Assembly: GCA_964372875.1 (NCBI GenBank)
Contig: CAYJTB010000001.1
Location: 27,860 to 91,859, forward strand
DNA: 64,000 nt
From: an uncultured bacterium
GTDB lineage: Bacteria > Omnitrophota > Omnitrophia > Omnitrophales > JACQLI01
Direction: 5' to 3'
The notes under the pieces are model-generated. The model did not search any database. It saw only the letters and a list, made by a program, of their open reading frames with translations, and had not been told where the DNA came from. The translations under genes were made by a program, and so were the position numbers. Of the stretch, positions 1 to 10,671 are shown one piece after another. The stretch's first letter is position 1; each line of letters opens with the position of its first letter.

Positions 1-1
1 T

Positions 2-268
2 TACCGAAGGATTCCCAAACGCGGGTTCAATCAATTTCCCAGAAAAGAATTTGCGGTGATCAATCTTGATCTTCTCGCAACGCTTGGCGAGAGCGAAATT
101 ACGCCCGAAAAATTGGTCGAACGAGGCATTATCAAAAATTTGAAAAAAGATGTGAAGATTCTTGGCAACGGGGATTTAAAAAAGGCCCTTCACGTAAAGG
201 CGCAGCGTTTTTCCGTCCAAGCCAAACAAAAAATTGAAGCGGCCGGCGGCCAGGCGGTGGTGATTTAA
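2..268 (+). CDS. rplO: 50S ribosomal protein L15, C-terminal part (gene starts upstream of window)
   Basis: Frame of ORF 56..268 is open from base 2: [25 protein letters not shown]...; L15-like sequence, directly upstream of secY. Confidence 0.85.
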   Translation, partial: YRRIPKRGFNQFPRKEFAVINLDLLATLGESEITPEKLVERGIIKNLKKDVKILGNGDLKKALHVKAQRFSVQAKQKIEAAGGQAVVI

Positions 269-1623
269 TGTTACGAGCCTACGCGAATATTTTTAAAGTC
301 CCTGAGCTTACCCGCAAAGTCCTTTTTACCCTAGCGATCATCGTTGTCTACCGTATCGGGACTTATGTCCCCACCCCGGGAATTGACGGCCATGCCCTTA
401 CCCGGTTTTTTCAGTCGGTCTCCCAAACGCCCGGAGGAACGCTCTTTGGCATTATGGGAATGTTTTCTGGCGGCGCACTTCAAAAAGCCACGATCTTCGC
501 GTTGGGTATTATGCCCTATGTCTCCGCTTCTATTATTCTTCAACTCTTGACCGTCGTTTTTCCTTATTTAGAAAAATTGGCCAAGGAAGGCGAAGAAGGC
601 AGAAAAAAAATCATTCAATACACCCGTTATGGAACGGTGCTGCTTGCGATCATCCAAACTTATTTTATTTCTTTGTGGCTGGAAAATCCTAATGCCTTTC
701 AGGGAACCGTGATTGTACCCAATCCAGGCTGGGGATTCCGGCTGATGACCGTACTTACCTTGACCACCGGCACCGCTTTCATCATGTGGTTAGGCGAGCA
801 GGTGGATCAATATGGAATCGGCAATGGTATGTCCATCATCATCACGGCCGGTATTATTGAATCCATTCCCACCGCGCTTTGGCAGACCTGGGTATTAGTA
901 TCGCCTTTTGACCTTGCCCGGCAGCAGCTGAGTTATTGGAAGCTGGGGCTTTTGATCGGACTTTTTATTTTTACCGTGGTGAGCGTGATTCTTATTATCC
1001 AAGGCGAGAGAAAAATTCCTGTGCAATATGCGAAACAAATTCGGGGAAACCGGGTTTACGGCGGACAATCCACTTATCTTCCTTTGAAAGTGAACCAGGC
1101 CGGAGTGATTCCGATTATCTTTGCCCAGTCCGTGGTGCTTTTTCCGGCCACGATCGCAGGCTTTTTCCCGCACTCCGGAATTTTAAAATCAGCGGCCGGT
1201 CTCCTTGATCCAGGATCCTGGGTTTATACGACAATTTATGCCCTTTTGATTATATTTTTCACGTTCTTTTATACCGCCATTACGTTTAATCCGATTGAAG
1301 TTGCCGATAATCTTCAAAAATTCGGGGGATTCATTCCAGGAATCAGGCCCGGAAAAAATACAGCGGAGTATTTGGATTATGTCATGACCCGGATTGCGGC
1401 AAGCGGTGCGATTTTTCTAGCAGTCATTGCGCTCTTTCCTGAGCTGATTTCGTCGCCCCGGGTTTTGAATGTACCTTTTTTAGTGGCAAGCTTTTTCGGC
1501 GGTACCGGAATGCTTATCATTGTAGGTGTCGTTTTAGACACCATGAAGACGATTGAATCTCAGCTCTTAATGCGTCACTATGAAGGCTTTATTCGAAAAG
1601 GTCGTCTCCGTTCGCGGAGATAA
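268..1623 (+). CDS. secY: preprotein translocase subunit SecY
   Basis: 451-aa multi-TM protein with SecY-like stretches (GIMPYVSASIILQLL, GGTGMLIIVGV); TAATG overlap with rplO; conserved operon position. Confidence 0.97.
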   Translation: MLRAYANIFKVPELTRKVLFTLAIIVVYRIGTYVPTPGIDGHALTRFFQSVSQTPGGTLFGIMGMFSGGALQKATIFALGIMPYVSASIILQLLTVVFPYLEKLAKEGEEGRKKIIQYTRYGTVLLAIIQTYFISLWLENPNAFQGTVIVPNPGWGFRLMTVLTLTTGTAFIMWLGEQVDQYGIGNGMSIIITAGIIESIPTALWQTWVLVSPFDLARQQLSYWKLGLLIGLFIFTVVSVILIIQGERKIPVQYAKQIRGNRVYGGQSTYLPLKVNQAGVIPIIFAQSVVLFPATIAGFFPHSGILKSAAGLLDPGSWVYTTIYALLIIFFTFFYTAITFNPIEVADNLQKFGGFIPGIRPGKNTAEYLDYVMTRIAASGAIFLAVIALFPELISSPRVLNVPFLVASFFGGTGMLIIVGVVLDTMKTIESQLLMRHYEGFIRKGRLRSRR

Positions 1624-1636
1624 TTAGAACCGGCTG

Positions 1637-2293
1637 ATGCGCTTCGTTCTGTTCGGCCCGCCCGGCGCGGGTAAAGGGACGCACGCTCGAATCATGAGTG
1701 AAAAATGGAAGATCCCTCAGCTCGCAACCGGAGATATTTTGCGCCGGCACATCCGTGAGCAAACGGATTTAGGAAAAAAGGCGAAGGCCATTTTGGACCG
1801 GGGGGAACTGGCCCCAGACACGCTGGTCAATGAATTGATGAAAGACCAGCTGGCAAAACCAGAAGCCGGACACGGATTTATTTTAGATGGCTATCCAAGA
1901 ACGCTCGGCCAAGCGGAAACCTTGGATGATATTTTGAAAAGCCGGAATGAGAAGTTGGACGTTGCGCTTTACTTCAAGACCTCTCCGGAAGTGATCGTGG
2001 ATAGGTTAGCAGGCAGAAGGTCCTGCCCGAAGTGCGGTGCGAATTATCACATTCGCAATATTCGTCCCAAGGTGGAAGGCAAATGCGATGTTTGCGGAGC
2101 GGGTCTCATCCAGCGTTCGGATGACCGTCCTGAAACAGTGCAGCACCGGCTCGAAGTTTATGAAAAAGATACGGCGCCGCTTCTTAATTATTACAGGAAA
2201 AGCGGGCTCTTAAAAGAGATCTCGGGAGATCTGGGTGTCTCCCAGCTGCAAGAGGAACTTTCGAAAGTCCTGGCTAAAAAAGATCGCGGTTGA
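1637..2293 (+). CDS. adk: adenylate kinase
   Basis: P-loop GPPGAGKGT; LID with CPKCG...CDVCG zinc knuckle; follows secY. Confidence 0.95.
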   Translation: MRFVLFGPPGAGKGTHARIMSEKWKIPQLATGDILRRHIREQTDLGKKAKAILDRGELAPDTLVNELMKDQLAKPEAGHGFILDGYPRTLGQAETLDDILKSRNEKLDVALYFKTSPEVIVDRLAGRRSCPKCGANYHIRNIRPKVEGKCDVCGAGLIQRSDDRPETVQHRLEVYEKDTAPLLNYYRKSGLLKEISGDLGVSQLQEELSKVLAKKDRG

Positions 2294-3060
2294 TGATTCG
2301 TCTGAAATCGAAACGAGAAATTGAAATCATGGAAAAGGCGGCAATGATCTTGAGAAAAGTGTTTGAAAAATTGCATCCCGAAGTTCACCCCGGCATGAGT
2401 ACGCTGGAACTGGATGAAATTGCGGAGAAGGCTATTCAAGAGGCGGGCGGTAAATCGGCCTTTAAAGGTTACCGCGGGTTTCCTCGCACCCTTTGCGTTT
2501 CTATTAATGAAGAAGTGGTGCACGGCATCCCGTCAAAAAGCCGGTTGCTCAGAGAGGGCGATTTGGTCAGTTTAGATTTAGGCGTTTTTTATCAAGGTTA
2601 TTATGCTGATGCAGCCCGCAGTCTGGTTCTTGGAAAAGGAACGAGCGAGGCGAACCGGCTTGTACAAGTTGCCCGTGAAGCCTTTCTAGCAGGTTTTGAT
2701 GCGGTACAAGCCCCCGGCAAACGCATGGGCGATCTTTCACAGGCCGTCCAAGCGGTCGTTGAAAAAAATGGCTTCGGCGTCGTCCGCGATTATGTGGGGC
2801 ACGGCATTGGTCAAGCGATTCACGAAGAGCCGTCGGTGCCCAATTATGGAAAAGCCGGTCACGGAATTAAAATTGAGACAGGGCTTGTGATTGCGATCGA
2901 ACCGATGGTGACCGCCGGTCATCATGCGGTGGAAACGCTCCAAGACGGCTGGACGGTCGTGACCAAAGACGGCAAATGGGCAAGTCATTATGAAGATACC
3001 GTAGCTTTCACTGAAAAAGGTTTGGTCAACCTGACAGGCCCGGATGAGAGCTGGAATTAA
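2290..3060 (+). CDS. map: type I methionine aminopeptidase
   Basis: 256 aa; MetAP pita-bread motifs (VVHGIP, DLGVFYQGYYADAA, GHGIG, AIEPM); ATGA-type overlap with adk. Confidence 0.95.
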   Translation: MMIRLKSKREIEIMEKAAMILRKVFEKLHPEVHPGMSTLELDEIAEKAIQEAGGKSAFKGYRGFPRTLCVSINEEVVHGIPSKSRLLREGDLVSLDLGVFYQGYYADAARSLVLGKGTSEANRLVQVAREAFLAGFDAVQAPGKRMGDLSQAVQAVVEKNGFGVVRDYVGHGIGQAIHEEPSVPNYGKAGHGIKIETGLVIAIEPMVTAGHHAVETLQDGWTVVTKDGKWASHYEDTVAFTEKGLVNLTGPDESWN

Positions 3061-3279
3061 ATGCCCAAAGAAGAAGCTATTGAAGTTGAAGGAACAGTCC
3101 TTGAGCCGCTGCCCAATGCTATGTTTCGTGTGAAGCTCGACAACGGGCATCTGGTTTTAGCGCATATCTCGGGCAAGATGCGCATGCATTACATTCGAAT
3201 ACTTCAAGGCGATAGGGTGAAGATAGAACTTTCTCCTTACGACTTAACACGAGGCCGGATTACCTTTAGGGTGAAATGA
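3061..3279 (+). CDS. infA: translation initiation factor IF-1
   Basis: 72 aa S1-fold IF-1 ([25 protein letters not shown]...[21 protein letters not shown]). Confidence 0.95.
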   Translation: MPKEEAIEVEGTVLEPLPNAMFRVKLDNGHLVLAHISGKMRMHYIRILQGDRVKIELSPYDLTRGRITFRVK

Positions 3280-3280
3280 A

Positions 3281-3394
3281 ATGAAAGTTAGAAGCTCAGT
3301 CAAAAAAATATGTGAGAAGTGCAGGGTCGTACGCCGCCGGGGGACCGTTTATATTATTTGCGAAAACCCCAAACACAAACAGCGGCAAGGATAA
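3281..3394 (+). CDS. rpmJ: 50S ribosomal protein L36
   Basis: Not in ORF track (<60 aa). ATG 3281: [37 protein letters not shown], canonical L36; sits between infA and rpsM. Confidence 0.9.
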   Translation: MKVRSSVKKICEKCRVVRRRGTVYIICENPKHKQRQG

Positions 3395-3413
3395 GGAAGG
3401 ATAAAGAAAAACT

Positions 3414-3803
3414 ATGCCACGTATTCTTGGAGTTGACGTTCCAGCGGAAAAGCGGACCGAAATTGCTTTAACTTATGTTTATGGCATCGGCAATTCACTT
3501 GCGAAGAAAGTACTCGCCTTGGCCAAGATCAATCCCAATAAGCGTGCGAAAGAACTGACGGAAAAAGAAATTTATGAAATCACCAATGTGATCCAGCGCG
3601 CGGGGATTAAGGTCGAAGGCGATGTGCGCCGGGAGACCCAGCAAAACATCCGACGGTTGATTGATATTCGCTCTTACCGGGGCCAGCGCCACATCCGGGG
3701 TTTACCCGCTCGCGGGCAAAGGACTCATACCAATGCGCGGACCCGAAAAGGTCCAAGAAAGACAGTGGGCGGACTGCTTAAAAAGCCACCCGCACCTAAA
3801 TAA
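3414..3803 (+). CDS. rpsM: 30S ribosomal protein S13
   Basis: [10 protein letters not shown]...[27 protein letters not shown]13 signature. Confidence 0.95.
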   Translation: MPRILGVDVPAEKRTEIALTYVYGIGNSLAKKVLALAKINPNKRAKELTEKEIYEITNVIQRAGIKVEGDVRRETQQNIRRLIDIRSYRGQRHIRGLPARGQRTHTNARTRKGPRKTVGGLLKKPPAPK

Positions 3804-3841
3804 GGTTTCGTTAACGAAAAGGAGAATCATTTTAGAAAGTT

Positions 3842-4216
3842 ATGGCGACCAAGAAAAAGAAAGTTAGAAATATAACCAAAGGCGTGGTTCACATCACAGC
3901 CAGTTTTAACAACACCGTGATTACAGTGACGGATCCCCAAGGCAATGCCATTTGCTGGTCAAGCGCCGGTGCCGCGGGTTTTAAAGGATCTAAAAAGTCG
4001 ACGCCTTTTGCAGCCCAACGGGCTTCTGAGATGGCCGCCAAAAAAGCGATGGAAAACGGTCTAAAGGAAGTTGAAGTTTTTGTGAACGGTCCGGGTTCGG
4101 GACGCGAATCTGCGATCCGGGCTCTGCAAGCCGCGGGGCTCCGGGTAACGGCCATCAAAGATGTGACACCTTTGCCTCACAATGGCTGCCGTCCTCCAAA
4201 GCGGAGGAGAGTCTAA
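3842..4216 (+). CDS. rpsK: 30S ribosomal protein S11
   Basis: [20 protein letters not shown]...[18 protein letters not shown]11 signature. Confidence 0.95.
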   Translation: MATKKKKVRNITKGVVHITASFNNTVITVTDPQGNAICWSSAGAAGFKGSKKSTPFAAQRASEMAAKKAMENGLKEVEVFVNGPGSGRESAIRALQAAGLRVTAIKDVTPLPHNGCRPPKRRRV

Positions 4217-4842
4217 TGGCTAGGATCGTTCAAACCGTTTGCCGTCTCTGCCGCCGCGAAGGGATGAAATTATTCCTTAAAGGCATTCGCTGCACCGGAG
4301 ACAAATGCGCGATTGAAAGAAGAAACCAGCCTCCCGGACAACACGGCAGGCGCCGTCCCAAACTCTCGGATTACGGTCTGCAGCTTCGTGAAAAACAAAA
4401 GACCAAACGTATTTATGGAATGCTCGAAAAACAATTCCGCGTTTTCTTCGCCAGGGCCACGCGCGCGCCGGGCGCCACGGGCGAGAAGCTGATCGAGCTT
4501 CTGGAAAGAAGGCTGGATAATGTAGTCTACAGGCTTCATTGGGCAAGTTCGCGCCGCGAGGCCCGTCAAACGGTGAATCATAATAATATTTTTGTAAACG
4601 GCCGGGCCGTCAACATCGCATCCTTCATCGTCCGTGCCGGAGATAAGATCCAGGTTCGCAGTACAGAAAAAATGAATAAGCGAATCCGGGGGATTCTCGG
4701 GATGCTTCAAGATCGTCCTAGGGTCGAATGGCTGAAACCGGATGCTCAAGATTTGACGGCTGAAGTCTTAAGGCTCCCAACCAAGGCGGACGCAGCACTG
4801 CCGGTTGAAGAGTCGCTTATTGTGGAATTGTATTCAAAGTAA
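4216..4842 (+). CDS. rpsD: 30S ribosomal protein S4
   Basis: N-terminal CRLCRREG zinc-type region, YGLQLREKQK, S4 RNA-binding domain; TAATG overlap with rpsK. Confidence 0.95.
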   Translation: MARIVQTVCRLCRREGMKLFLKGIRCTGDKCAIERRNQPPGQHGRRRPKLSDYGLQLREKQKTKRIYGMLEKQFRVFFARATRAPGATGEKLIELLERRLDNVVYRLHWASSRREARQTVNHNNIFVNGRAVNIASFIVRAGDKIQVRSTEKMNKRIRGILGMLQDRPRVEWLKPDAQDLTAEVLRLPTKADAALPVEESLIVELYSK

Positions 4843-4886
4843 AGATAAAGCACCTAACATTGTTAGGATTCTAAGGAGGAAATTCA

Positions 4887-5879
4887 ATGGGGATTCGTTG
4901 GAAAACATTTGAAATGCCGAAGCGGCTTGAGACAGAGAAATCGAGTCTCACGCCCACTTACGGAAAATTTATTGCAGAACCTTTTGAACGGGGTTATGGA
5001 ACAACACTGGGAAACGCCTTGAGGCGGATTTTAATTTCTTCCATTGAAGGGGCCGCGGTTACCTCCATCAAGATTGAAGGAATGCTTCACGAATTTTCCA
5101 GCATGGAAGGCGTGTTGGAAGACGGCGCCCAGCTTGTTCTGAATGTAAAGAAATTGATCCTTCGTTATTACGGGAAGGAACCCAAGAAGATTACAATCGA
5201 TGTGAAAAAGACGGGGGAAATCACCGCACGCGATATCGTGGCGGATGAGACCATCGAGATCATCAACCCCGGCCTTCACATTGCGACCCTTACCAAAGAA
5301 GTCCGTTTCTACATGGAAATGGATGTCGAGCGGGGCCGGGGATATGTCCTTGCCGACCGGAATAAAAAAGAGGGCTCTCCTATCGGTGCGATCCCCGTGG
5401 ATTCTGCTTTTTCACCGGTTTTGAAAGTCAATTTTTCAGTAGAAGAAACCCGCGTCGGACAGATCACGGACTACGACCGGTTGATTCTGGAAATCTGGAC
5501 GAACCTGGCGGTTAGTCCTGAAGAAGCGCTTCTCTATGCCTCCAATATCATGCAGCGGCACCTTGACATTTTTGTCAATTACGGCAACCTGCCGCACGAA
5601 GAGGAGGAAGAGGAGGAAGAGGACAAGGAATTTCTGGATATGATCCGCAAGCCCATCAGCGAGCTTGAGTTGTCTGTGCGCAGTGCCAATTGTCTTGAGG
5701 CCGCAAACATTAAGACGATCGGGGATCTTATTCAAAAGGCTGAACCTCAAATGCTCAAGTATAAAAATTTCGGGAAAAAATCTTTAGCGGAAATTACCGC
5801 CATTCTCACGACGATGAATCTTTCGCTCGGAATGAGTATCGAAGAACGGAAGAAAAAGAAAAAAGCCGTAACAGCCTAG
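4887..5879 (+). CDS. rpoA: DNA-directed RNA polymerase alpha subunit
   Basis: NTD (GYGTTLGNALRRILISSIEGAAVTSIKIEG) and CTD (ELELSVRSANCLEAANIKTIGDL); GGAGG RBS; poly-Glu linker HEEEEEEEEDKE. Confidence 0.95.
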   Translation: MGIRWKTFEMPKRLETEKSSLTPTYGKFIAEPFERGYGTTLGNALRRILISSIEGAAVTSIKIEGMLHEFSSMEGVLEDGAQLVLNVKKLILRYYGKEPKKITIDVKKTGEITARDIVADETIEIINPGLHIATLTKEVRFYMEMDVERGRGYVLADRNKKEGSPIGAIPVDSAFSPVLKVNFSVEETRVGQITDYDRLILEIWTNLAVSPEEALLYASNIMQRHLDIFVNYGNLPHEEEEEEEEDKEFLDMIRKPISELELSVRSANCLEAANIKTIGDLIQKAEPQMLKYKNFGKKSLAEITAILTTMNLSLGMSIEERKKKKKAVTA

Positions 5880-5888
5880 GAAAATTTC

Positions 5889-6485
5889 ATGTGGCATCAA
5901 AAAAGACGTAGACGATTAGGAGTCACCACTCCTCACCGCAAGGCAATGTTAAGAAATTTGGTCAGGGGTCTGGCCATGTACCGCCGGATCGAAACCACTT
6001 TGTCCCGCGCCAAGGAGACGTCGCGTTTAGCTGATAAGATGGTCACGATTGCCAAAGAAAACACGTTATCGGCCCGAAGACTCTTGATCCGCAAACTCGG
6101 ATCTCCCGTCGTCGCCAAGATTTTTATCGATGAAATCGCCCCGCGTCTTCAAGGGCGAAACGGCGGTTACACGCGCGTTTTAAAATTGGGTCTTCGCCGG
6201 GGTGACGGCGGCCAGACCGCTTTGGTGGAGTTTTCTGTTCCCATCGAGATCGCCACCAAAGAAGGAAAGCCCAAGAAAGAGAAAAAGTCAAAGCCCGGCA
6301 AAGAAATTGTCGAGAAAGAACAGGCTAAGCCGCGTCCTGAAAAAACGAAAGAAAAAGAAGAAATCAAGGAAGCGAAAAAGCCTGAGAAAAAAGAGACGAA
6401 GCCTGTTGACAAGGAAGAAACACAAAAAAGGGGAGGCTTTCTCTCCAAACTCCGGAAATTTCTGACCGGAGACGAACCTAAATAA
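5889..6485 (+). CDS. rplQ: 50S ribosomal protein L17 with long Lys/Glu-rich C-terminal tail
   Basis: L17 core (HRKAMLRNLVRGL...GGYTRVLKLGLRRGDG); about 80 extra K/E-rich residues at the C-terminus. Confidence 0.9.
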   Translation: MWHQKRRRRLGVTTPHRKAMLRNLVRGLAMYRRIETTLSRAKETSRLADKMVTIAKENTLSARRLLIRKLGSPVVAKIFIDEIAPRLQGRNGGYTRVLKLGLRRGDGGQTALVEFSVPIEIATKEGKPKKEKKSKPGKEIVEKEQAKPRPEKTKEKEEIKEAKKPEKKETKPVDKEETQKRGGFLSKLRKFLTGDEPK

Positions 6486-6521
6486 CCGAGGGCCTTGTTG
6501 ATCCCTCTTCTCGCAGAACCC

Positions 6522-7688
6522 ATGCTGTCCAAACGAATTAGCAAGGTCACGCCGTCTCTTACCCTTTCCATCACGGCTAAAGCCAAGGCCCTCAAGGCGC
6601 AAGGCATCAATGTCATCTCTTTAAGTGCCGGTGAACCTGATTTTGATACCCCTGAATTTATTAAAGAGGCCGCGATTGAAGCACTCAAAAAAGGCGTCAC
6701 AAAATATACGCCTGTGGAAGGCACGCTTGAACTTCGAAAAGCCATTGCCTCCAAACTGAAACGCGATCAGGGTCTTACGTACGGTCCGGACCAAATCGTG
6801 GTCTCAACCGGGGCTAAACACTCCATTTATAATCTCTTCCAAGTCCTCGTCGGTGAGGGTGACGAAGTTCTCATCCCATCGCCTTATTGGCTTAGTTACC
6901 CAGAGATGGTGACTTTGGCGGGCGGGCGCAGCGTTTTTATTGAGGCGGATGAAAAAAACGACTTCAAAATCACCGCCCAGCAGCTGGAAAAGGCCATCAC
7001 TCCTAAGACAAAAATCTTAGTCCTTAATTCACCGTCGAACCCCACGGGCGCGGTTTACCGGAAAAATGAATTGGAAGCCCTGATCCTCGTCCTTTTGAAA
7101 CATCCCCAGGTTTGGATTTTAAGCGACGAGATTTATGAAAAATTAATTTTTAATAACGAGGCCCATGTTTCCATTGCCTCGCTTCATCCCGAGATGGCGA
7201 AGCGGACATTGCTTGTGAATGGTCACAGCAAGGCCTATGCAATGACCGGGTGGAGAATGGGGTATGCCGCCTGCGCTAAAGAAGTTGCCGAGGCTGCGGG
7301 AACACTTCAAAGTCACTCCACTTCCAATGCTACTTCTTTCGCCCAGTCAGGGGCGGTCGTCGCTTTAGACAAAGGGGATGCAGAGGCAAAAAAAATGTGT
7401 CAGGTTTTTGAAAAAAGGCGGGACCTTTTTGTTTCGGAATTAAAAAAGATTCCCAAGCTCAAACCCTTTTCTCCACAAGGCGCTTTTTATCTTTTCGTAA
7501 ATATCGAAGCCACGGGCATGGATTCCATGGTTTTTTCGGAACGCCTTTTAGAAGAGGAGCGGGTGGCTGTCGTTCCCGGAAAAGTTTTCGGCAGTGACCG
7601 CCACATCCGTTTATCTTTTGCCTGCTCCGAAAAGGATATCTTGGAAGCGTCTTCCCGAATCCGTCAATGGCTTGAAAAAAAGGGCTGA
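6522..7688 (+). CDS. pyridoxal-phosphate-dependent aminotransferase, class I (aspartate aminotransferase-like)
   Basis: SAGEPDFDTP, NSPSNPTG, PLP-lysine context NGHSKAYAMTGWRMGY; ATG 6522 preferred over the track's TTG 6495. Confidence 0.85.
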   Translation: MLSKRISKVTPSLTLSITAKAKALKAQGINVISLSAGEPDFDTPEFIKEAAIEALKKGVTKYTPVEGTLELRKAIASKLKRDQGLTYGPDQIVVSTGAKHSIYNLFQVLVGEGDEVLIPSPYWLSYPEMVTLAGGRSVFIEADEKNDFKITAQQLEKAITPKTKILVLNSPSNPTGAVYRKNELEALILVLLKHPQVWILSDEIYEKLIFNNEAHVSIASLHPEMAKRTLLVNGHSKAYAMTGWRMGYAACAKEVAEAAGTLQSHSTSNATSFAQSGAVVALDKGDAEAKKMCQVFEKRRDLFVSELKKIPKLKPFSPQGAFYLFVNIEATGMDSMVFSERLLEEERVAVVPGKVFGSDRHIRLSFACSEKDILEASSRIRQWLEKKG

Positions 7689-7746
7689 ATAGCCCCTTTC
7701 CCCGGTCCCTCATCCTTCACCTGTTATAATCTTCTAGAGATTTACC

Positions 7747-9654
7747 GTGGGCGGGCTTGAAAGGCTTCATGTTGGCCAGACTGTTGAACGAAGCCATTTG
7801 GAGACCCTCCTCCAGAAACTTCGTTACAAGAGGAGAGATTTTGTGTCCGGACCCGGTGAATATGCCGACCGCGGCGCCACTCTCGATATCTATCCTGTAA
7901 GTTACCGCGCTCCCATTCGTCTTAATTTCGATCTCGATACCATCGTTTCGATCCACGATTTTTCTCCCGCCGAAGGCAAGAGCCTCACCCGCTTTGACGA
8001 GGTCCTTCTCGTCCCGCTCTCGGAGCCTTTTGAATCTTCAGCCACCCGGATGCGGCAGCGTTTTCAGGCCTTCGAAGCCCTTACGGAGACGGCCGATCTC
8101 GAGCCGGGCGATTATGTGGTCCATCTCCAGTACGGCATCGCGCGCTACCTCGGAACGAAGAAGATGACGCTGAAGAAAAAGGCGGTCCGCTGCGTTGCCT
8201 TGGAGTTTGCAGATCGTGAAATCCTTTATTTGGATTCCAAAGAACCCTTGGAGCGCTACATCGGGGTTGAAGGAAAAAAACCCCGGCTTACCCGGCTTCA
8301 CTCGAAAGAATGGGAAAAAGCCAAGGCCAAGACACGGCTTGCCGTAGAAAGCGTTGCGCGAGACCTCCTTTCTCTTCAAGCGAAGCGCGAACTCTCCCAC
8401 GGCCAAACCTTTCCTAAAGACAGTGAATGGCAGAGTAAATTCGAAGAAGAGTTTCCTTTTGAAGAAACGGAAGATCAAATCAAGGCCACGGAAGACATCA
8501 AAAAAGATATGGAAGGTGCCAAGCCGATGGATCGTCTTCTTTGCGGCGATGTGGGCTTCGGAAAAACAGAAGTTGCCATGCGCGCCGCCTTCAAGGCCGT
8601 GATGGCCGGAAAACAAGTGGCCTTTTTAGTCCCCACCACGGTGCTTGCCGAGCAGCACGCCCTTGTTTTTAAAGAACGCACCCGGACTTTTCCCATCAAA
8701 ATCGAAGTCCTCTCCCGTTTTCGTTCCCGAAAAAACCAAACCGAGATATTAAAGCAACTCTGGGAAGGAAAAGTGGACGTGATCATCGGCACGCACCGGC
8801 TTTTTTCCTCCGATGTCCAGTTTAAGGACCTAGGTCTTGTCATCATTGATGAAGAACAGCGTTTCGGCGTGGCCCACAAGGAAAAATTAAAAAAGTTAAG
8901 AGAATTGGTGGATGTGCTGACCTTAACGGCAACGCCCATTCCACGCACGCTTTATCTTTCGCTGATGGGGGCGAGGGACATGTCGGTCATTAATACCCCG
9001 CCTCGCACACGACTTCCCATTGAAACTTATGTGATGGAATATGATGATCACAAAATTGCAGAGGCCATCCGCCGGGAGCTGGCGCGGGGCGGCCAAGTGT
9101 ATTTTGTCCACAACCGCGTGGCTTCTCTCCCCAGAGTTTGCGAGCATTTAAAAACCATTCTGCCGAGTGTGCGGTTTGCCGGCGCGCACGGCCAGATGTT
9201 TGCCCACGAACTGGAAAAGGTCATGAAAAATTTTCTCGAGAAAAAAATTGATTGTCTCGTCACCACCAACATTATTGAATCAGGTCTTGATATCCCTAAT
9301 GCCAATACGATCATTGTGAACCGCGCTGACCGGTTTGGTCTTGCGGATCTTTATCAGCTGCGCGGACGGGTAGGGCGGTTTGTGGGTAAGCGGCAGGCTT
9401 ACGCGTATTTTATTATTCCTCGCCATTGGGTCATGACCTTGGATGCCCAAAAAAGATTAGAGGCAATTGAGCGGTTCACGGAACTTGGAGCAGGATTCAA
9501 AATCGCCATGAAAGACCTCGAAATTCGCGGGGCAGGTAATGTTCTGGGCCATGAACAAAGCGGATTTATCTATGCGGTGGGTTTTGACCTGTATTGCCGC
9601 ATGCTCCGCAAGGCCGTGGATGAACTCAAGAACTCTCCCAAAAAGAAGCCGTGA
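7747..9654 (+). CDS. mfd: transcription-repair coupling factor, short form (635 aa)
   Basis: RNAP-interaction domain ([19 protein letters not shown]), SF2 helicase motifs ([26 protein letters not shown]), TRG motif region; only 58 nt separate the GTG start from the upstream gene. Confidence 0.8.
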   Translation: MGGLERLHVGQTVERSHLETLLQKLRYKRRDFVSGPGEYADRGATLDIYPVSYRAPIRLNFDLDTIVSIHDFSPAEGKSLTRFDEVLLVPLSEPFESSATRMRQRFQAFEALTETADLEPGDYVVHLQYGIARYLGTKKMTLKKKAVRCVALEFADREILYLDSKEPLERYIGVEGKKPRLTRLHSKEWEKAKAKTRLAVESVARDLLSLQAKRELSHGQTFPKDSEWQSKFEEEFPFEETEDQIKATEDIKKDMEGAKPMDRLLCGDVGFGKTEVAMRAAFKAVMAGKQVAFLVPTTVLAEQHALVFKERTRTFPIKIEVLSRFRSRKNQTEILKQLWEGKVDVIIGTHRLFSSDVQFKDLGLVIIDEEQRFGVAHKEKLKKLRELVDVLTLTATPIPRTLYLSLMGARDMSVINTPPRTRLPIETYVMEYDDHKIAEAIRRELARGGQVYFVHNRVASLPRVCEHLKTILPSVRFAGAHGQMFAHELEKVMKNFLEKKIDCLVTTNIIESGLDIPNANTIIVNRADRFGLADLYQLRGRVGRFVGKRQAYAYFIIPRHWVMTLDAQKRLEAIERFTELGAGFKIAMKDLEIRGAGNVLGHEQSGFIYAVGFDLYCRMLRKAVDELKNSPKKKP

Positions 9655-9693
9655 ACATTGAAATCACAAGCATCTACTGGTTATAATGCTCCC

Positions 9694-10662
9694 ATGTTGC
9701 GTCGTCTTGTCCTTACCCTAGGTTTTCTTATTTTAGGCACCCTTCCTGCCTGGGCCCAGAAGCAGCTTGTCGATCGGGTGGCCGCTGTTATCAACGACGA
9801 AGCCATTACCCAAAGCGAGCTAGAGATGTATCTGCGTCCCATTTATGAAGGCCTGAAACAGCAATTTGAAGGCGAAGAATTAATGAACCGCTTGAATGAG
9901 ACCCGGCTTAAACTTCTAAATCAAATGATCGAAGACCGTCTTGTTTTTCAAAAAGCCAAGGCCATGGAACTCAAAGCGGAGGACAGTGAGATTGAAGAAG
10001 AAGTGGATAGGCTCAAAAAGCGCTACCCTTCTGAGGAGGCCTTGGAAAAAGAAATGACGAGTCAGGGTTACAGCATGTCAGGGCTTCGGGAAAATATACG
10101 CCGGCAAATCCTCATTCGTAAACTTCAAGACATCGAAGTAAAGTCCCGCGTTATCGTCTCACCCCGCGAGATTGAAGAATATTACAAGTCGCATATCGGT
10201 GAATTCGAACAAGAATTAAGAATGAAGCTGCTTTCCATCACCATTCGTAAAAGTAAAGAGGCCGAGGAAAAAGGACTTGTGGATGAAGCGGCGAAGAAAA
10301 AAATCGAATCCGTTGAATTCCGGATCCGGAGTGGCGAAGACTTTGAGGATTTGGCCCGTCAATTCTCTGAAGATGCCCATGCAGCCGAGGGCGGCCAAGT
10401 CGGCTGGGTCCGTAAAGGCGAATTTCTTCCCTCCATCGAAAAAGCCCTTCACGAATTAAACCAAGGAGCGATTTCCCCAGTGCTGGAAACCGCGGCGGGT
10501 TACCATCTTTTTAGGGTGGAGGAAAAAGATCCCGGGAAGGTGAGTTCGTTGGAGGAAGTACGGGAGAAAATTCGTTCGGTCCTATTCCGCGAAAAGGCTG
10601 AAAAGCGTTTCAAGGAGTGGATGGAAGAATTAAAGACCCAAGCCTACATCTCGGTCCGGTGA
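9694..10662 (+). CDS. SurA/PrsA-like periplasmic chaperone with parvulin PPIase domain
   Basis: Signal peptide MLRRLVLTLGFLILGTLPAWA; SurA_N-like helical region; PpiC domain (FEDLARQFSED......GG.VGWVRKGEF); ATG 9694 preferred to track start 9658. Confidence 0.75.
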   Translation: MLRRLVLTLGFLILGTLPAWAQKQLVDRVAAVINDEAITQSELEMYLRPIYEGLKQQFEGEELMNRLNETRLKLLNQMIEDRLVFQKAKAMELKAEDSEIEEEVDRLKKRYPSEEALEKEMTSQGYSMSGLRENIRRQILIRKLQDIEVKSRVIVSPREIEEYYKSHIGEFEQELRMKLLSITIRKSKEAEEKGLVDEAAKKKIESVEFRIRSGEDFEDLARQFSEDAHAAEGGQVGWVRKGEFLPSIEKALHELNQGAISPVLETAAGYHLFRVEEKDPGKVSSLEEVREKIRSVLFREKAEKRFKEWMEELKTQAYISVR

Positions 10663-10671
10663 CGCCTGGCC

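Noticed and set aside
6167-6754. 195-aa minus-strand ORF overlapping rplQ and the aminotransferase. The same applies to 8038..8616, 8475..8948, 10644..11237, 35316..35819 and 56538..57125
   Set aside because: They are antisense to well-supported conserved genes, have low-complexity composition and lack RBSs, so they are shadow ORFs.
7689-7956. Frameshifted or split N-terminus of mfd, or the minus ORF 7717..7956 as a real gene
   Set aside because: Only 58 nt separate the aminotransferase stop from the mfd start, so no other frame can encode the missing Mfd domains. The minus ORF is antisense to the mfd 5' end and lacks an RBS.
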